A DNA stretch of 64,000 nt from Candidatus Bathyarchaeota archaeon (GCA_963768425.1 CAVYHV010000017.1:1-64000); one strand, 5' to 3'; positions 22,185 through 33,380 are shown, counted from the first letter of the stretch. Made by a program: numbers and translations. The notes: generated from the sequence alone by a model not told the origin.

Positions 22185-22976
22185 ATGATGCTTCAAAGTG
22201 AAGATATTCAGACTCTTAGAGGATTTGGGCTCACGTTTCTTCAAGCCAAGGTTTACCTTACCTTGCTTAAAAAAGGACAGAGTACAGTTAAGAAAATTGC
22301 GGAAAATGCCAGCATAGCAAGGCAGGAAGCCCAGCGAGTTACTGCTGAACTGCAAAGTCTGGGGCTGGTAGAAAAAATATTGGTAAATCCAACCGAGTTT
22401 AAACCAGTTCCCATAAACGAAACTGTTTCTTTTCTTGTTAAACGAAGAGAAAAATCTTCATTAGAGCTTGAGCAGAAGGCAAAAAAGATTCTCGAAGACT
22501 TCAAGAACACTCAAGTGGAAAGATTAACCGAAGAAAAAACAGCCGAATTTGTGATCACAAGCGGGAAAGAAGCAATCATAAGACATTCAAGAATGGTCGT
22601 TGATAAAACAGAAGAGTCATGCGACATCATCAATGGTTTATGGGAAAACGTCGGCTACGCGAGTTCCCTTTTCAAGAACCAAACCCTTGAAGCGCTAAAA
22701 AGACAAGTAAAAATAAGAATTGTCTCAGAGAAGCTTCCTGAACAGCAATCAGCTCAAAAGATCTATGAACACTGTATGCCCTATCCCAACTTTAGAATCA
22801 AATTCATTTCATCATCGCTACCAGCAATGATTGGTATTTACGACAAAAAAGAACTGCTTGTCTACACCTCTCCTGAAAAACTCATAGGTGATTCTCCGAT
22901 GCTGTGGACGAATAGCCGTGCCTTAATATTTTCAGTCCAGACTTATTTCAACAAACTATGGAAACAAGCTGCTTAA
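22185..22976 (+). CDS. TrmB-family transcriptional regulator
   Basis: LRGFGLTFLQAKVYLTLL HTH; C-terminal IYDKKE...LWTNS...YFNKLW. Confidence 0.9.
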   Translation: MMLQSEDIQTLRGFGLTFLQAKVYLTLLKKGQSTVKKIAENASIARQEAQRVTAELQSLGLVEKILVNPTEFKPVPINETVSFLVKRREKSSLELEQKAKKILEDFKNTQVERLTEEKTAEFVITSGKEAIIRHSRMVVDKTEESCDIINGLWENVGYASSLFKNQTLEALKRQVKIRIVSEKLPEQQSAQKIYEHCMPYPNFRIKFISSSLPAMIGIYDKKELLVYTSPEKLIGDSPMLWTNSRALIFSVQTYFNKLWKQAA

Positions 22977-23115
22977 CCATGTGATTTTTATTTTATCAGG
23001 GACATGAACGTTGCATTGTAAGAGAAAAGAATTTTTTGAATAAGAATTAAATGGGTTTGTTGAGGTTCTGGCCGGCGCGAGTAATCCGCTGATTAGAAGA
23101 CAAAAATGGGGTTTT

Positions 23116-23165
23116 GCGGGTGATATCTCCACTTTGGCAAGGGTTCAAATCCCCCCAGTCCACCA
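23116..23165 (+). repeat. att-like repeat, best consensus copy ending in CCA
   Basis: gcgggtgatatctccac-tttggcaa-gggttcaaatccccccagtccacca. Confidence 0.9.
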
Positions 23166-23400
23166 TAACCGTTACCATAACAGCTTCTCAGAATTTCATG
23201 GAAGAATGTAGTTGATTGGGTTTTTCAAAAGGGTATTTGCTCTATGACGCTGATGTTATTAGGTTGCAGCTTGATTTTGGCGAGTTTAGGGTTGTTTATC
23301 AGGAATTCATAAATCACTTATATTGTATCTGCATAAAAAAGATGCATCTTCAGCCTAAAAGTGTAAACTCCATGATCCAGAAAGAAACGGTGAATAGCTC

Positions 23401-24927
23401 ATGAAAAATATTTGGAACTCCTATATCAGAAAGGTAACTTCCAGGAAAATTTTGTGCATTTCAGTTTTCTGTCTCATGTTATTGGCGTCTCTAACCTTTA
23501 TCGATTCTAAGGCGGTCACCGCAATCAGTTCTGGAACAGGCAACTCCGAGAGCATTATTAAGCCCTTTCAAGCTATCGACAATAACAACTGGTACACAGG
23601 AGCAAATGAGTCAACTCCCCAAGTGGATGTGAACTATTCACAGTTTATGCCTCAGGCTGATACTCTTGACCGAAGCATGACACTATGGTATGGAAACGGT
23701 GCCACTAGAGTGTCTATGCACTTTGTTTACTGGTTCAATCCAGGAGGCATAAACGACTCCGCTTCAAGTTATCCAAACTATAACCCGCAAGTGCTGGACT
23801 GGACCCAACTGAACGGCATATCATTTACGTTAGCCGATGATGGAAGTTTAGACTCTACGACGGCATGGGGAACGACATATTCGTTTAGTGGATTTGATAT
23901 CATTAACGGAACTGCACAACAGCTAAGCCTTAATGAAGTTGGAAATTCGACGGATTACGCGTATATGCTCAACAATCAAGTTGGCAGCATCTCGTATGCT
24001 AACTGCAGTGCGGCAGCAATCGGCCCTGTAACATTAGACACCGAAAATACTACCTACAACGGTAACGCTTTGACCGACAGCATAGCCACATTTAACGTGA
24101 CGCTGGACGCGCAGATAATCAACTGCCAACTGACTGCAGCGGGACCAAACACGCCGACACTTCCATCACATCAAACGTTAAGCAACGTGCCGATTACTCT
24201 TATGTTTCAAGTTACTGAGAACTCCGCTTACACGGCTTATAAGTACGGTGTGAACGTTGATTGGAGCGCAGATACCGCTTTCCCAACTACGGGATTGAAT
24301 AATGGAGACAGTTTCAGTTTAGTAACAGCTGACAGTTTAGGTTTTGGAATAACTCAAGATGCCATCGCTCAACCGTTCGTCTCCTTCTTCTCTACGGATG
24401 CTAATAATGATAGCGCAATTTATTCGGTCAACCGCACAGAAGTTTGCCAAGAAATTTTCCCATTAAACTACACGATAAATGGCGGCTTCCAAACATACAA
24501 CACGACACGCCTTTACGTTCCAGTCCAAAATTATGTTCAAAGCACAGACCCAAGCCAAGCTAGGAATTCATCCATTATGTATGTCTGTTTTGACGGATTC
24601 AAATACAATCAAAGCACAGGATTCTCATTTGACCCAACTGTAATAACATACGGCTCAGCAAGCAACAGTAGTCCGTCCCCTTCACCCACGCAGAATCCAA
24701 CGCCTACTCCAAGTCCAACATCATCAACCTCAGGTTCATCATCAACCCCAAGCCGGTCAGCTTCGCCAACAGCTTCAACCTCGCCCTCAGGCACGTCAAC
24801 ACCTTCACCGACAGTTCCGGAGTTTCCGTCGTTACTTGTAATCGCGACAATATGCTTGGCAGCATCTCTACCTATTGCAGTGCTGACTAAAAGGAAAAAC
24901 AGGATAATCGCAAACACAGAATGCTAA
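23401..24927 (+). CDS. Secreted surface glycoprotein with S/T/P linker and PEF-type anchor
   Basis: Signal peptide, many NxS/T sites, C-terminal VPEFPS + TM + KRKNR. Confidence 0.85.
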   Translation: MKNIWNSYIRKVTSRKILCISVFCLMLLASLTFIDSKAVTAISSGTGNSESIIKPFQAIDNNNWYTGANESTPQVDVNYSQFMPQADTLDRSMTLWYGNGATRVSMHFVYWFNPGGINDSASSYPNYNPQVLDWTQLNGISFTLADDGSLDSTTAWGTTYSFSGFDIINGTAQQLSLNEVGNSTDYAYMLNNQVGSISYANCSAAAIGPVTLDTENTTYNGNALTDSIATFNVTLDAQIINCQLTAAGPNTPTLPSHQTLSNVPITLMFQVTENSAYTAYKYGVNVDWSADTAFPTTGLNNGDSFSLVTADSLGFGITQDAIAQPFVSFFSTDANNDSAIYSVNRTEVCQEIFPLNYTINGGFQTYNTTRLYVPVQNYVQSTDPSQARNSSIMYVCFDGFKYNQSTGFSFDPTVITYGSASNSSPSPSPTQNPTPTPSPTSSTSGSSSTPSRSASPTASTSPSGTSTPSPTVPEFPSLLVIATICLAASLPIAVLTKRKNRIIANTEC

Positions 24928-25119
24928 AAAGTAAAGACGTCCTTACGAACTTGAACTTTCAACGGATAATACTTGCAACCGTCAGAATAGCCTTTGTTAG
25001 TAAAGGCTCATATGAGAGCTTGAAGAACAATTTTATGCCCGAAACTCGGAAAAGACTCTACACCTCAACTAGCTATCCCCCTTAGAAGTTCCACACTTGA
25101 TTTCTAAAAAGAGGAAAAT

Positions 25120-25166
25120 GTGGTGATATCTCCACTTTCGGAGGGGTTCAAATCCCCCCAATCCAC
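25120..25166 (+). repeat. att-like repeat
   Basis: gtggtgatatctccac-tttcggag-gggttcaaatccccccaatccac. Confidence 0.9.
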
Positions 25167-25209
25167 TAAGATCTTTTAAATTACCCGAGATTTGTCGCGC
25201 ATTAAATCG

Positions 25210-26238
25210 TTAACCGAAGAAAACGCTTGCCGTCTCGTAGAGTTCTGGACTCACCGTTTTGTTTTTTCCTACGACGTCTTTCAGCGCGACTGGAACAATA
25301 TGGGTTCCCTGGATTCCCACCAAATATCCAAATTTGCCCTCATGGACAAAGTCGATTGCCGCTAAACCATACCTAGTGCCCAAGATTCTGTCAAAAGCTG
25401 TTGGAGTCCCGCCGCGTTGGATATGCCCCAAGATCACGACACGTGTCTCAGTTCCTATGCATTTCTCAATCTCTTTCCCCAAATAATATCCAACACCGCC
25501 CAAACGCACGTTGCCAAACTCGTCCACTCCGTCACTGTAAAGTACCTTTTTTCCACCCTTAGGCGTGGCGCCTTCAGAGACAACTACTACGCTAAAGTTT
25601 CTTCCACGTTTCTGCCTTTGGCTAATGTACTCACAGATTTCAGCAAGGTCAAAAGGCTTTTCTGGAATTAGAATGACATCAGCGCCGCCCGCAAGCCCTG
25701 ATTCTAAAGCAATCCAGCCTGCATTTCGTCCCATAACTTCCAGAATCATCACCCGGTGGTGAGCCTCTGCAGTACTTCGAAGCCTATCCAGAGCATCAGT
25801 TGCTATAGACACAGCCGTATTAAATCCGAAAGTGTAGTCCGTACCCACCAAATCGTTGTCTATGGTTTTTGGCACCCCTACACATTTAATTCCAAAGTCA
25901 CCCAACCGACAGGCGACACCTAAAGTATCATCCCCGCCGATAGCTATGATCGCCTCCATTCCTGACTTTTTCATATTCTGAAGCATGCGTTCCACCCCAT
26001 TTTCGTACTTGAAAGGGTTGGTCCGCGAAAAACCCACAATAGAGCCTCCACGGCCTAAGATAGCTGTTATGGCCTCTTGATCTAAGACCATAAATTCGCC
26101 CTCAAGCAATCCACGCCAGCCATCTCTGATTCCTATTAAGTCATCGCCGTACTTCTTTAGACCCTTTCTTACGATGGCACGGATAACGGCGTTTGTTCCG
26201 GGAGCGTCACCGCCTCCAGTCAGAATTCCAACCCTCAT
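25210..26238 (-). CDS. pfkA: 6-phosphofructokinase (PfkA family, probably PPi-dependent)
   Basis: LTGGGDAPG, IGGDDT, PKTIDND, EVMGR, LGHIQRGG. Confidence 0.95.
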   Translation of the reverse strand: MRVGILTGGGDAPGTNAVIRAIVRKGLKKYGDDLIGIRDGWRGLLEGEFMVLDQEAITAILGRGGSIVGFSRTNPFKYENGVERMLQNMKKSGMEAIIAIGGDDTLGVACRLGDFGIKCVGVPKTIDNDLVGTDYTFGFNTAVSIATDALDRLRSTAEAHHRVMILEVMGRNAGWIALESGLAGGADVILIPEKPFDLAEICEYISQRQKRGRNFSVVVVSEGATPKGGKKVLYSDGVDEFGNVRLGGVGYYLGKEIEKCIGTETRVVILGHIQRGGTPTAFDRILGTRYGLAAIDFVHEGKFGYLVGIQGTHIVPVALKDVVGKNKTVSPELYETASVFFG

Positions 26239-26375
26239 TTTGACTAACCTCTTTAGTCACGTTAGAAATGCTTCAAGAGTATACAACAAGACTTGTTTTA
26301 TAACCTTTATCAAAACGGATACAATTCGCGTTCCGCACCTTTTCGAGGTGTTCTCTCAACAGAAAAAAAGGGAAT

Positions 26376-26496
26376 GCGGGTGACATCTCCACTTTGGTTG
26401 GGGTTCAAATCCCCCCCAGTCCATAATGCAGTCTGAACCCGAGAGAGTGCAAATCACAATAACACGTTTGGGTTCAAATCCGATAGAGACTTGACC
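26376..26496 (+). repeat. att-like repeat, long form (homologous to 10064-10186)
   Basis: gcgggtgacatctccac-tttggttg-gggttcaaatcccccccagtcca-taatgcagtctgaaccc...gggttcaaatccgatagagact. Confidence 0.9.
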
Positions 26497-26930
26497 GTTT
26501 ATTGCACGAAAACTTTTGGATTCGACCTTGATTTTCATATCTAAACCCATTCAACAAATGCTTTTTATCTACGGATAGTCTAAAGCATAAATTCTCTTTT
26601 TAAAGTACACGAAGAACTTCTTTTTTACAAGGGACAAGAAAGTGTGTTTACACTGTTCTATTCTGTAATCTGCCCCCTTTTTGTGTCTTAATATGTTAAC
26701 TGAATGGTTATCCCAGTCGAGGAAATCCAACTGCGAAGAAATTTTTAGAAGCACATGTAGAATATTGCAAAAAAGTTAGTCGATGGCTCTAGCAGATTCA
26801 ACTGTTTTTCTTGAGAGTAACGAGGGGCGGGCGCGATCGATAGAATTTAAAAGGCCCCTCAGATTTTGGATTCTAAACCAAGTGGTCTACTTAAGTTCCG
26901 AGCCAGATTGCGCGCAAGCTCCAATTTCCT

Positions 26931-29308
26931 CTATAATTTTTCCGCGTCAATTGCTATAATGGGCTCTATTGGCAAAACAACCGTGAACGTTGTTCCTTTG
27001 CCCAGAGAGGTTTCCACGAATATTTTACCACCATGCGCCGCGACCACTCGCTTACAAATTGCCAAACCAAAACCCATTCCCTGCGCCTTCGTTGTGAAGA
27101 GCGGCAAAAATATCTTCGGCAAAACTTCCTCAGAAATTCCAGTGCCAGTATCACTAATACATATTTCAACATTAGTACCGGCTTGGCTGCTTCGAATTTC
27201 AAGTGTCCCCCCACTTGGCATAGCATCTATGGCGTTTTTGATAAGATTGACAAAAACGCTTTTTATTTTCTCCAAATCAACACTCAATTTAGGCTCGTCA
27301 CTTGTTTTGTCAATAATTTGTATTCTTTCTGGCACTTGCACTAATTTCAAAGCAGCGATTAGTAAGCACTGAGGTGAAGCATCATCCAATTCCAAACGTA
27401 ATTCTCTTGCATACTCCAACAGGTCATTAATGATTTTGTCTGAGTGATCAATCGATCTATCGATAATTTCTAGCATCTCCTTGGCTCGGGTTTCAGTTAT
27501 TGCAGCACCTTTCCTTTTCAAGTAATAAGTGGCATTCTTGATGCTGGCCAACGGGTTACGCAAGTCATGACCAACCATGCCAGCTAACTCTCCAATAGCC
27601 GCCAATCTCTCTGACTTCACGAGTTGCTGCTGAGTGTCCCTTAATTCTTTAGTTCGTATTCCAATCAATTCCTCAAGGTGCCTTGAATACTCCTCTAACT
27701 TCTTTTCCATTTGCTTGCGTTCAGTAACATCCCTAATCATCGTTTGATAGCCTGTAACTTCGTTATTTAGCCAGATGGGGCTACTATTGTAATCAATACT
27801 TTTTCTCCCAATTGGCGTAATCATTTCGATTTCATTGTGAGCCGATTTTCCGGAAGCAATGCTTTTTAGCCCTGCAAGCATTTTTTGGGTGTATTCGACT
27901 GGGACAAGATTGAAAATGTTGTTCCCAATCATTTCATCTTCCTTAAAACCATATTGCAAGATTGCCTTGTTTACCGAAGTCACTTTTCCAGTCAAATCAA
28001 ATGTAACAATAACGTCTGATGCATTTTCAAAGAGGGTTCTGTACTTTTCTTCCGAAAGTCTAACTTTCTCTTCATCTCGCCTGCGCTCAGTTATGTCCAT
28101 AACTATTCCCCTAAGTCCTTTTGCCTTTCCTTCAGAAATAATAGCAGTAGTTCTAACAAGCGCCGCAAAGGTAGTGCCGTTCTTTCTTAAGATCATATAC
28201 TCGTTGGTACCATTGTTTCCTGCTATCGACTTTCTTATGTTTTCTTTTGCCTTTTCTTGCTGCTCAAGAGGAATAAATTGCAGGATATTCAGCCTTTTTC
28301 AAGTTCAACTCGCGTGTAACCAGTCATTTCAAATGCTCGTTGATTGAAGAATGTGATATTTCCCGATAAGTCAGACTCAAAAACAATCTCCGGCAAAAAG
28401 TTGGCAAGTTCTCGATACCTCACCTCACTTTTTCTAACAATACCTTCAGCTTTTTTGCGTTCGTTAACATCCAAGAACATTGCTTGCAAAGCAGGCTGCC
28501 CGTCGTAATCGATAAGGGTGGCAAATGATTCCATCCAGATAATCGAACCATCCTTCCTTACCCCCCTAAATTCATAGCTACTATCGGCCTGTTTGCCTTC
28601 CAGTCGGCTCTTGAAGCGATCAAAGAAAATCGTTCGATCCTCATGAAAGATCAGCTCGGCTACTTCAGAAGGAGAAAGAGAGATGAGCTCTTCTGGAGAA
28701 TAACCCAACATTTTCCCCATCGACTCATTAGCAAAAACCAAACGAAGAGGACTGCCGAAAGCAATCATTATTCCCTGAAGAGATTTTTCAACCAAAATAC
28801 GATATTTTACGTCTGACGAGGCAAGAGAGTTTGATTTCTCGGGTTTCACTAATTTGCTTATGGTTTCACACAATTCGCAGTAAACTACTTCCGGCGGACC
28901 GCTTTTTTCCACAAACCGATCAGCGCCCAAGTTTAACGCTTTGATAGCCACTTCTCCTCGGCATTTGTTCGTGAATATAATAAACGGTATGTTGTCTTTT
29001 TGTTCCCTTAACTCCTTAAGAAAATCTAAGCCGTTTTTCATAGGCATTGCGTAGTCGGACACAATCGCATCGTAATGTAGCGTTTTTAGTTTGGTCAAAG
29101 CCTCATCAACAGAGGTTGCAGTGTCAACTTCGAATTCGTTTTCTTTCTCCAAAGTTATCTTCGAAGCTTGAAGTAACGATGCATCATCATCAACGTGCAA
29201 AATACGCAATATACCTTTCTTGCTAAAGGCTGCTGAATCACTCAATGTAAAAGAAGTTGTTTCGGATGTATTCACTTTTAATTCTTGCCGAATTCTTTCT
29301 CCGCGCAT
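26931..29308 (-). CDS. Receiver-PAS-PAS-PAS histidine kinase (frameshift near 28290)
   Basis: ILHVDDD/SDYAMP receiver; PAS domains; HDLRNPL, NAIDA, DTGTG, GMGFGL. Confidence 0.9.
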
Positions 29309-29404
29309 GAGTTAGGAATTGGAAATGAAATAACTATAAGTGTTGTGAATTTCGAAACATGGATTATAAACCTTACTCAGACTAATGAAATGAGTCAGCC
29401 TGGT

Positions 29405-29530
29405 TGTCCGCGCGAAGTTCAAAAAAGCAGAACAGTCAAACGAGATTGCTTTAAAACTTGAGCAAACGGTAAAAAAGGAAGTGTGGGTGATATCTCCACT
29501 TTCAGAAGGGTTCAAATCTCCCTCAGTCAC
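29405..29530 (+). repeat. att-like repeat with ~80-bp extended left arm (direct repeat of 36751-36876)
   Basis: tgtccgcgcgaag...aaaaagcagaacagtcaaacgagattgct...gtgggtgatatctccac-tttcagaa-gggttcaaatctccctcagtc. Confidence 0.9.
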
Positions 29531-29838
29531 GATACATCCTTTTCACTGATTCCCGGAACTCTTGAAAGCAAGCAGTTTATTTCCGTTTTTTGAAGATTCT
29601 TCAAATTGGTTTTTCTTGTGGTTCAAATCAAGGAAATATAGTTGAGCAAGCACGGCGTCGCGAGATATATTGGCTTATTTTGGAAAAGCGATTGGGAGTA
29701 ATTAAGTGATTGATTGTAACTGCTCCAAATTGATTGCCATGCTGCAGAAGCTGTGCCTCAGCCTTCATCCAAGACTTCCAATGCCACCTCAACAATCTTA
29801 AGGCTGGTTTATTAGGGCGTTGAATACTCTTTTTTTGT

Positions 29839-30474
29839 TTGAGGCGTTGCCTTCAATTGACTGCGAAGGTCTCGTCTGCTTTTAGAAGAGAACGCATAGA
29901 GGCATTAGCCGATGGCATATTCGCCACGGTCATGACGATTCTGGTGCTCAGTTTGGTTGTGCCAACCGTGATCGGAATGAACAGCGTGGCAACTCTGCAA
30001 GCTGACCTCTCTAAGCTCTTGCCCGACTTGTTCGCGTATGTCATAACCTTCATTTTTCTGGGTTTCCTGTGGATTGGTCATCAGAGCAGTCTGAGCCACA
30101 TAACGAAGTTCGACCTTAGGATTCTGTGGTTGAACATTCTTCTTCTTATGGGCGTGGGGCTTATTCCGTTTACAACGGCTCTGCTGGGCAGGTATCCGCT
30201 GCAGCCCATCGCGGATGTCTTTTACGGAATTAATGGAGTGGGCGTCACCCTTGTCTATAATGTTCTCTGGTTTGATTCTCGAAGCCGCCACATGACGCAT
30301 GAAGAACCCGACCAGACTGTGAAACTTTATCGAAACAGAATCCTTCTGGTTGGACCAGTGGTTTACTCTTTAGCCACAATATTCGCTTATGTATCACCAT
30401 ATATTAGCCTGGCGTTGTATGCTTCGGTCACGGTGTTCTACATCGGATTCGGCGGAAGGTACGCGCATAATTAA
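29839..30474 (+). CDS. TMEM175-family potassium channel
   Basis: RIEALADGIFATVMTILVL signature; WIGH; LIPFTT. Confidence 0.9.
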   Translation: MRRCLQLTAKVSSAFRRERIEALADGIFATVMTILVLSLVVPTVIGMNSVATLQADLSKLLPDLFAYVITFIFLGFLWIGHQSSLSHITKFDLRILWLNILLLMGVGLIPFTTALLGRYPLQPIADVFYGINGVGVTLVYNVLWFDSRSRHMTHEEPDQTVKLYRNRILLVGPVVYSLATIFAYVSPYISLALYASVTVFYIGFGGRYAHN

Positions 30475-30641
30475 CCGCGAATGGCGGTGGAAACATTGAT
30501 TTTTCAACTTTTCAAGCTGAAGCATTTGCCCCTGCCCTCGATTTGATCGACAGTGCACTCGTTCGGGTTCTTGTCAGGCCTTAGGCAGTGGAACCTTGGG
30601 CATTCTTAGCCGGCAATCCTCGGTCACAACTTGATAGCGCG

Positions 30642-31752
30642 CCAGTTTGTTGCTAAATTTTAGAAGTTGACATTTGTCTGCTAAATTAATTTATATTTAG
30701 GCGCATTTGTAGGCTGTTATGGAGAAGACTGAGAGTTCTTGCTCCATTTTGCGTAGTTTGAACTTAGATGACATAGAGGAGGTTGTGTCTGAAGCTTACC
30801 ATCAGGAAGGCGCAGGTAGGCCACCGAGAAAACCGATTGGCATTTTCAAAGCGTTGATTATGAAGAGAGTTAAGCAGATTCCAAGCGACAGAGAATTGTA
30901 TCGGCGATTATGGTATGATCAAGATCTGCGAGAGGTCTGCGACATTGAGGCTGAACAGAAGCCATATCATCCCACGCAGATAACAAGGTTTAGGAATCGC
31001 ATCGGAGTTACAAGACTCGAAAGAATAATGGGCGGCTTAGTCGATGAACTGCTCAAACGCGGGTTGATAATTGGCAAGATTGTAGTGATGGATGCTACTT
31101 TCATCAAAGCATACAGTAAACGTGATCCTCATGAAAACAGCCGCGGAGGCTCAGACCCCCCGGCTAGAGTAGGCAGGAACGGCAAACCCTACGAGCTCGG
31201 ATACAAGCTACACATTGCAATAGACGCGAAATCTGAACTCCCTTTGGCAGTCATTGTGGCATCGGCCAATGATAATGAGAAGAAGCATGCTCCTGTGCTG
31301 CTTGAAAAGACTTTGAAGGCAACCAAACGCATTGTGAAACTGGTTGTTGCAGATTCTCAGTATTCTAGCAGAAACCTCAGAGACCAGGCTTCCTCCCTTG
31401 GCATTAGAGTCGTGATTCCATTTCCTACAAATCAGCAGCGAGCGCAGAAAGGACTGTTGAGAGTGGACCGGTATTTCAGAACTCATGGACCGACTAGCGA
31501 GAAACGGCTTTACAGGTTGAGGTCTTCGGTTGAGCGGGTTAATTCTAGGCTCAAAGAGCAGCTGTGTTTGGAGAAACATCGGGTCAGGAGTATAGAAAGG
31601 ATCACTGTTCATGCTTTAATCTGCATGATTGCTATGCTATTCAATGCAGTCGCTGCATTTCGGTTGAACAGAGTAGAAAAAGTTCGGTCAATAACCTTAC
31701 TCGCAAGATGAGCAAAAACTAACACGGAAAAAGTAAATTAGCAACGCACTGG
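30642..31752 (+). mobile_element. IS element (IS5/IS1182-like DDE)
   Basis: Imperfect TIRs ccagtttgttgctaaattt / aaattagcaacgcactgg enclosing a transposase. Confidence 0.85.
30719..31711 (+). CDS. DDE transposase
   Basis: GRPP, MDATFI, GYKLH, ADSQY, YRLRSSVERVNSRLK. Confidence 0.95.
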   Translation: MEKTESSCSILRSLNLDDIEEVVSEAYHQEGAGRPPRKPIGIFKALIMKRVKQIPSDRELYRRLWYDQDLREVCDIEAEQKPYHPTQITRFRNRIGVTRLERIMGGLVDELLKRGLIIGKIVVMDATFIKAYSKRDPHENSRGGSDPPARVGRNGKPYELGYKLHIAIDAKSELPLAVIVASANDNEKKHAPVLLEKTLKATKRIVKLVVADSQYSSRNLRDQASSLGIRVVIPFPTNQQRAQKGLLRVDRYFRTHGPTSEKRLYRLRSSVERVNSRLKEQLCLEKHRVRSIERITVHALICMIAMLFNAVAAFRLNRVEKVRSITLLAR

Positions 31753-31760
31753 CCAGTGCG

Positions 31761-32246
31761 TTATATCAATTTTGGGGTAGATCTAATCGTTGTTCGTGCT
31801 AAACTTACTATACGACTTCCCAGTGAGACTAAGAAAAATCCAAGGAAAGCAAACTCAACAAAACTAAATATTGCTTGTCCCGGAAAAATCAACGTTAAAA
31901 CTATACCTATGTAAAGCGCGCTTCCAGCGTATTTTCCTACAGGATCGTATACTCTTTTGGCGTAGAGACTTGTTACTAAGAATTGAACAAACAAGGCACT
32001 TATGAGGATCAAGAGCCAAATTGGGTAGTATCCTTTGACGCTGAAAATTACAAATATACCAAACACAAGAACAAAGTCTGTTGTGGCATCATAGTAGCCG
32101 CCAAGTCTTGAGGTTACCTTTAATCTCCTTGCCAAATAACCGTCAAAAAAGTCAGTCGCAGCTGAAAAAGCAAGTAAAATTAAGCATAAGGTAACGTTTC
32201 CTGCCATAAACGAATAAAAGAATAAAGGGAAAACTACGATTCGCAA
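31761..32246 (-). CDS. CDP-alcohol phosphatidyltransferase (N-terminus extends to about 32290)
   Basis: IPNLISSLR upstream; TDFFDGYLARR...GGYYDATTD motif. Confidence 0.9.
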   Translation of the reverse strand: MRIVVFPLFFYSFMAGNVTLCLILLAFSAATDFFDGYLARRLKVTSRLGGYYDATTDFVLVFGIFVIFSVKGYYPIWLLILISALFVQFLVTSLYAKRVYDPVGKYAGSALYIGIVLTLIFPGQAIFSFVEFAFLGFFLVSLGSRIVSLARTTIRSTPKLI

Positions 32247-32393
32247 CGAACTTATGAGATTCGGAATTAGGATTAGTTTTCGTATAGTCCATCACTTTAT
32301 CAAGATTATGCATTCGCCAGCTTCATCTTGGTTAATTCATCTCTAAAATGGATTTGCAAATTCAACAGCAAGCTTGCTACAAAAAAAGGAATT

Positions 32394-32440
32394 CGGGAGA
32401 AATCTCCACTGGGACGTCGGTTCAAATCCCCCCAGTCCAC
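32394..32440 (+). repeat. att-like repeat (diverged arm)
   Basis: cgggagaaatctccac-tgggacgt-cggttcaaatccccccagtccac. Confidence 0.85.
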
Positions 32441-32865
32441 TTCAACATCGCTGCCACAGCACCCGAGAATTCCGAGGAGTTGGAGAGTATTGCGTTTTCA
32501 GAAAAATCTATTCTCCCAAAAGTCTCACATTCTATGTATATCCGAAGCTTGAGCTCAGATGCTACTGTAACCTGAGGATTTCTGACTTAGAAATGTCTCT
32601 ATTGGGTCCAATTCGCTTTCTTCACTTTATTGATTTTAGTGGGAGATTTTTCGTGCCTGCGGCATCCATCCTTCACGCCGCTTTACTTCTGAAATATATA
32701 GCTCTTCCCAGTACTTGCCCATAACGTAGAACCTGTTTTCCATGTAGCTCGATTCTTCTTTCGAATCTTCACAAGCGTTTACGACAATATGTCCCAATTG
32801 TTCTTGCTTATTCATTTTTTCCATGTTGTTTTTCATCATCATAACTACATACACCACACACATAG

Positions 32866-33160
32866 TTATATACCTTTAGGGAAGTAAAATATAGTAAACC
32901 CAACCTCTCCCTTAACCTTCCTCAGACCCTTCAAAAGCAAGTAACCCTGATTGAACGCCTGCTTAATAGTTCCAAACGGATGCTCAACTATCTGCCGCCT
33001 CAAACGAAGCTTCTCTATGCCATTACGACTCTGCAACCTAACTCTGAGATGCTCAACTGCGCCATCATACTCAGACCTAACCATAGTCCTTCCACGTTTG
33101 TTCCTCGTACACTTGCTCCTAAAAGTGCACACAGCACGACCAACCGTTCTGTAAACCCTT
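32866..33160 (-). pseudogene. IS1182-family transposase C-terminal remnant
   Basis: C..C..RSKCT...RRQIVEHPFGTIK...LKGLRKVKGE. Confidence 0.8.
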
Positions 33161-33380
33161 AAACTCCAATTACAAGTGCACAAGCAGCAACAACCTTTTT
33201 TGAAAGCCAATTAAAATCGTCTTCTTGCTTGCAAACATTGTCTTTCACACATTTTTTGCATGCAAGGCAAGGGCGAATATTGAGGTCACTTAATTTAACG
33301 AAATCATAACTCAGCCCAGTTGCTTCCAGAACGGCTTTTAACTGCCCTGTCAGTATTGCTATTAGTAAGGGGACTTCCTG
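33159..33380 (-). pseudogene. Iron-sulfur flavoprotein/flavodoxin fragment
   Basis: IRPCLACKKCVKDNVCKQEDDF; truncated at the IS remnant. Confidence 0.7.

Noticed and set aside
26356-26550. Short ORFs sharing DWGGFEP..KWR.HP (also in 9873-10205)
   Set aside because: These are antisense translations of the att-like DNA repeat, not a protein family.
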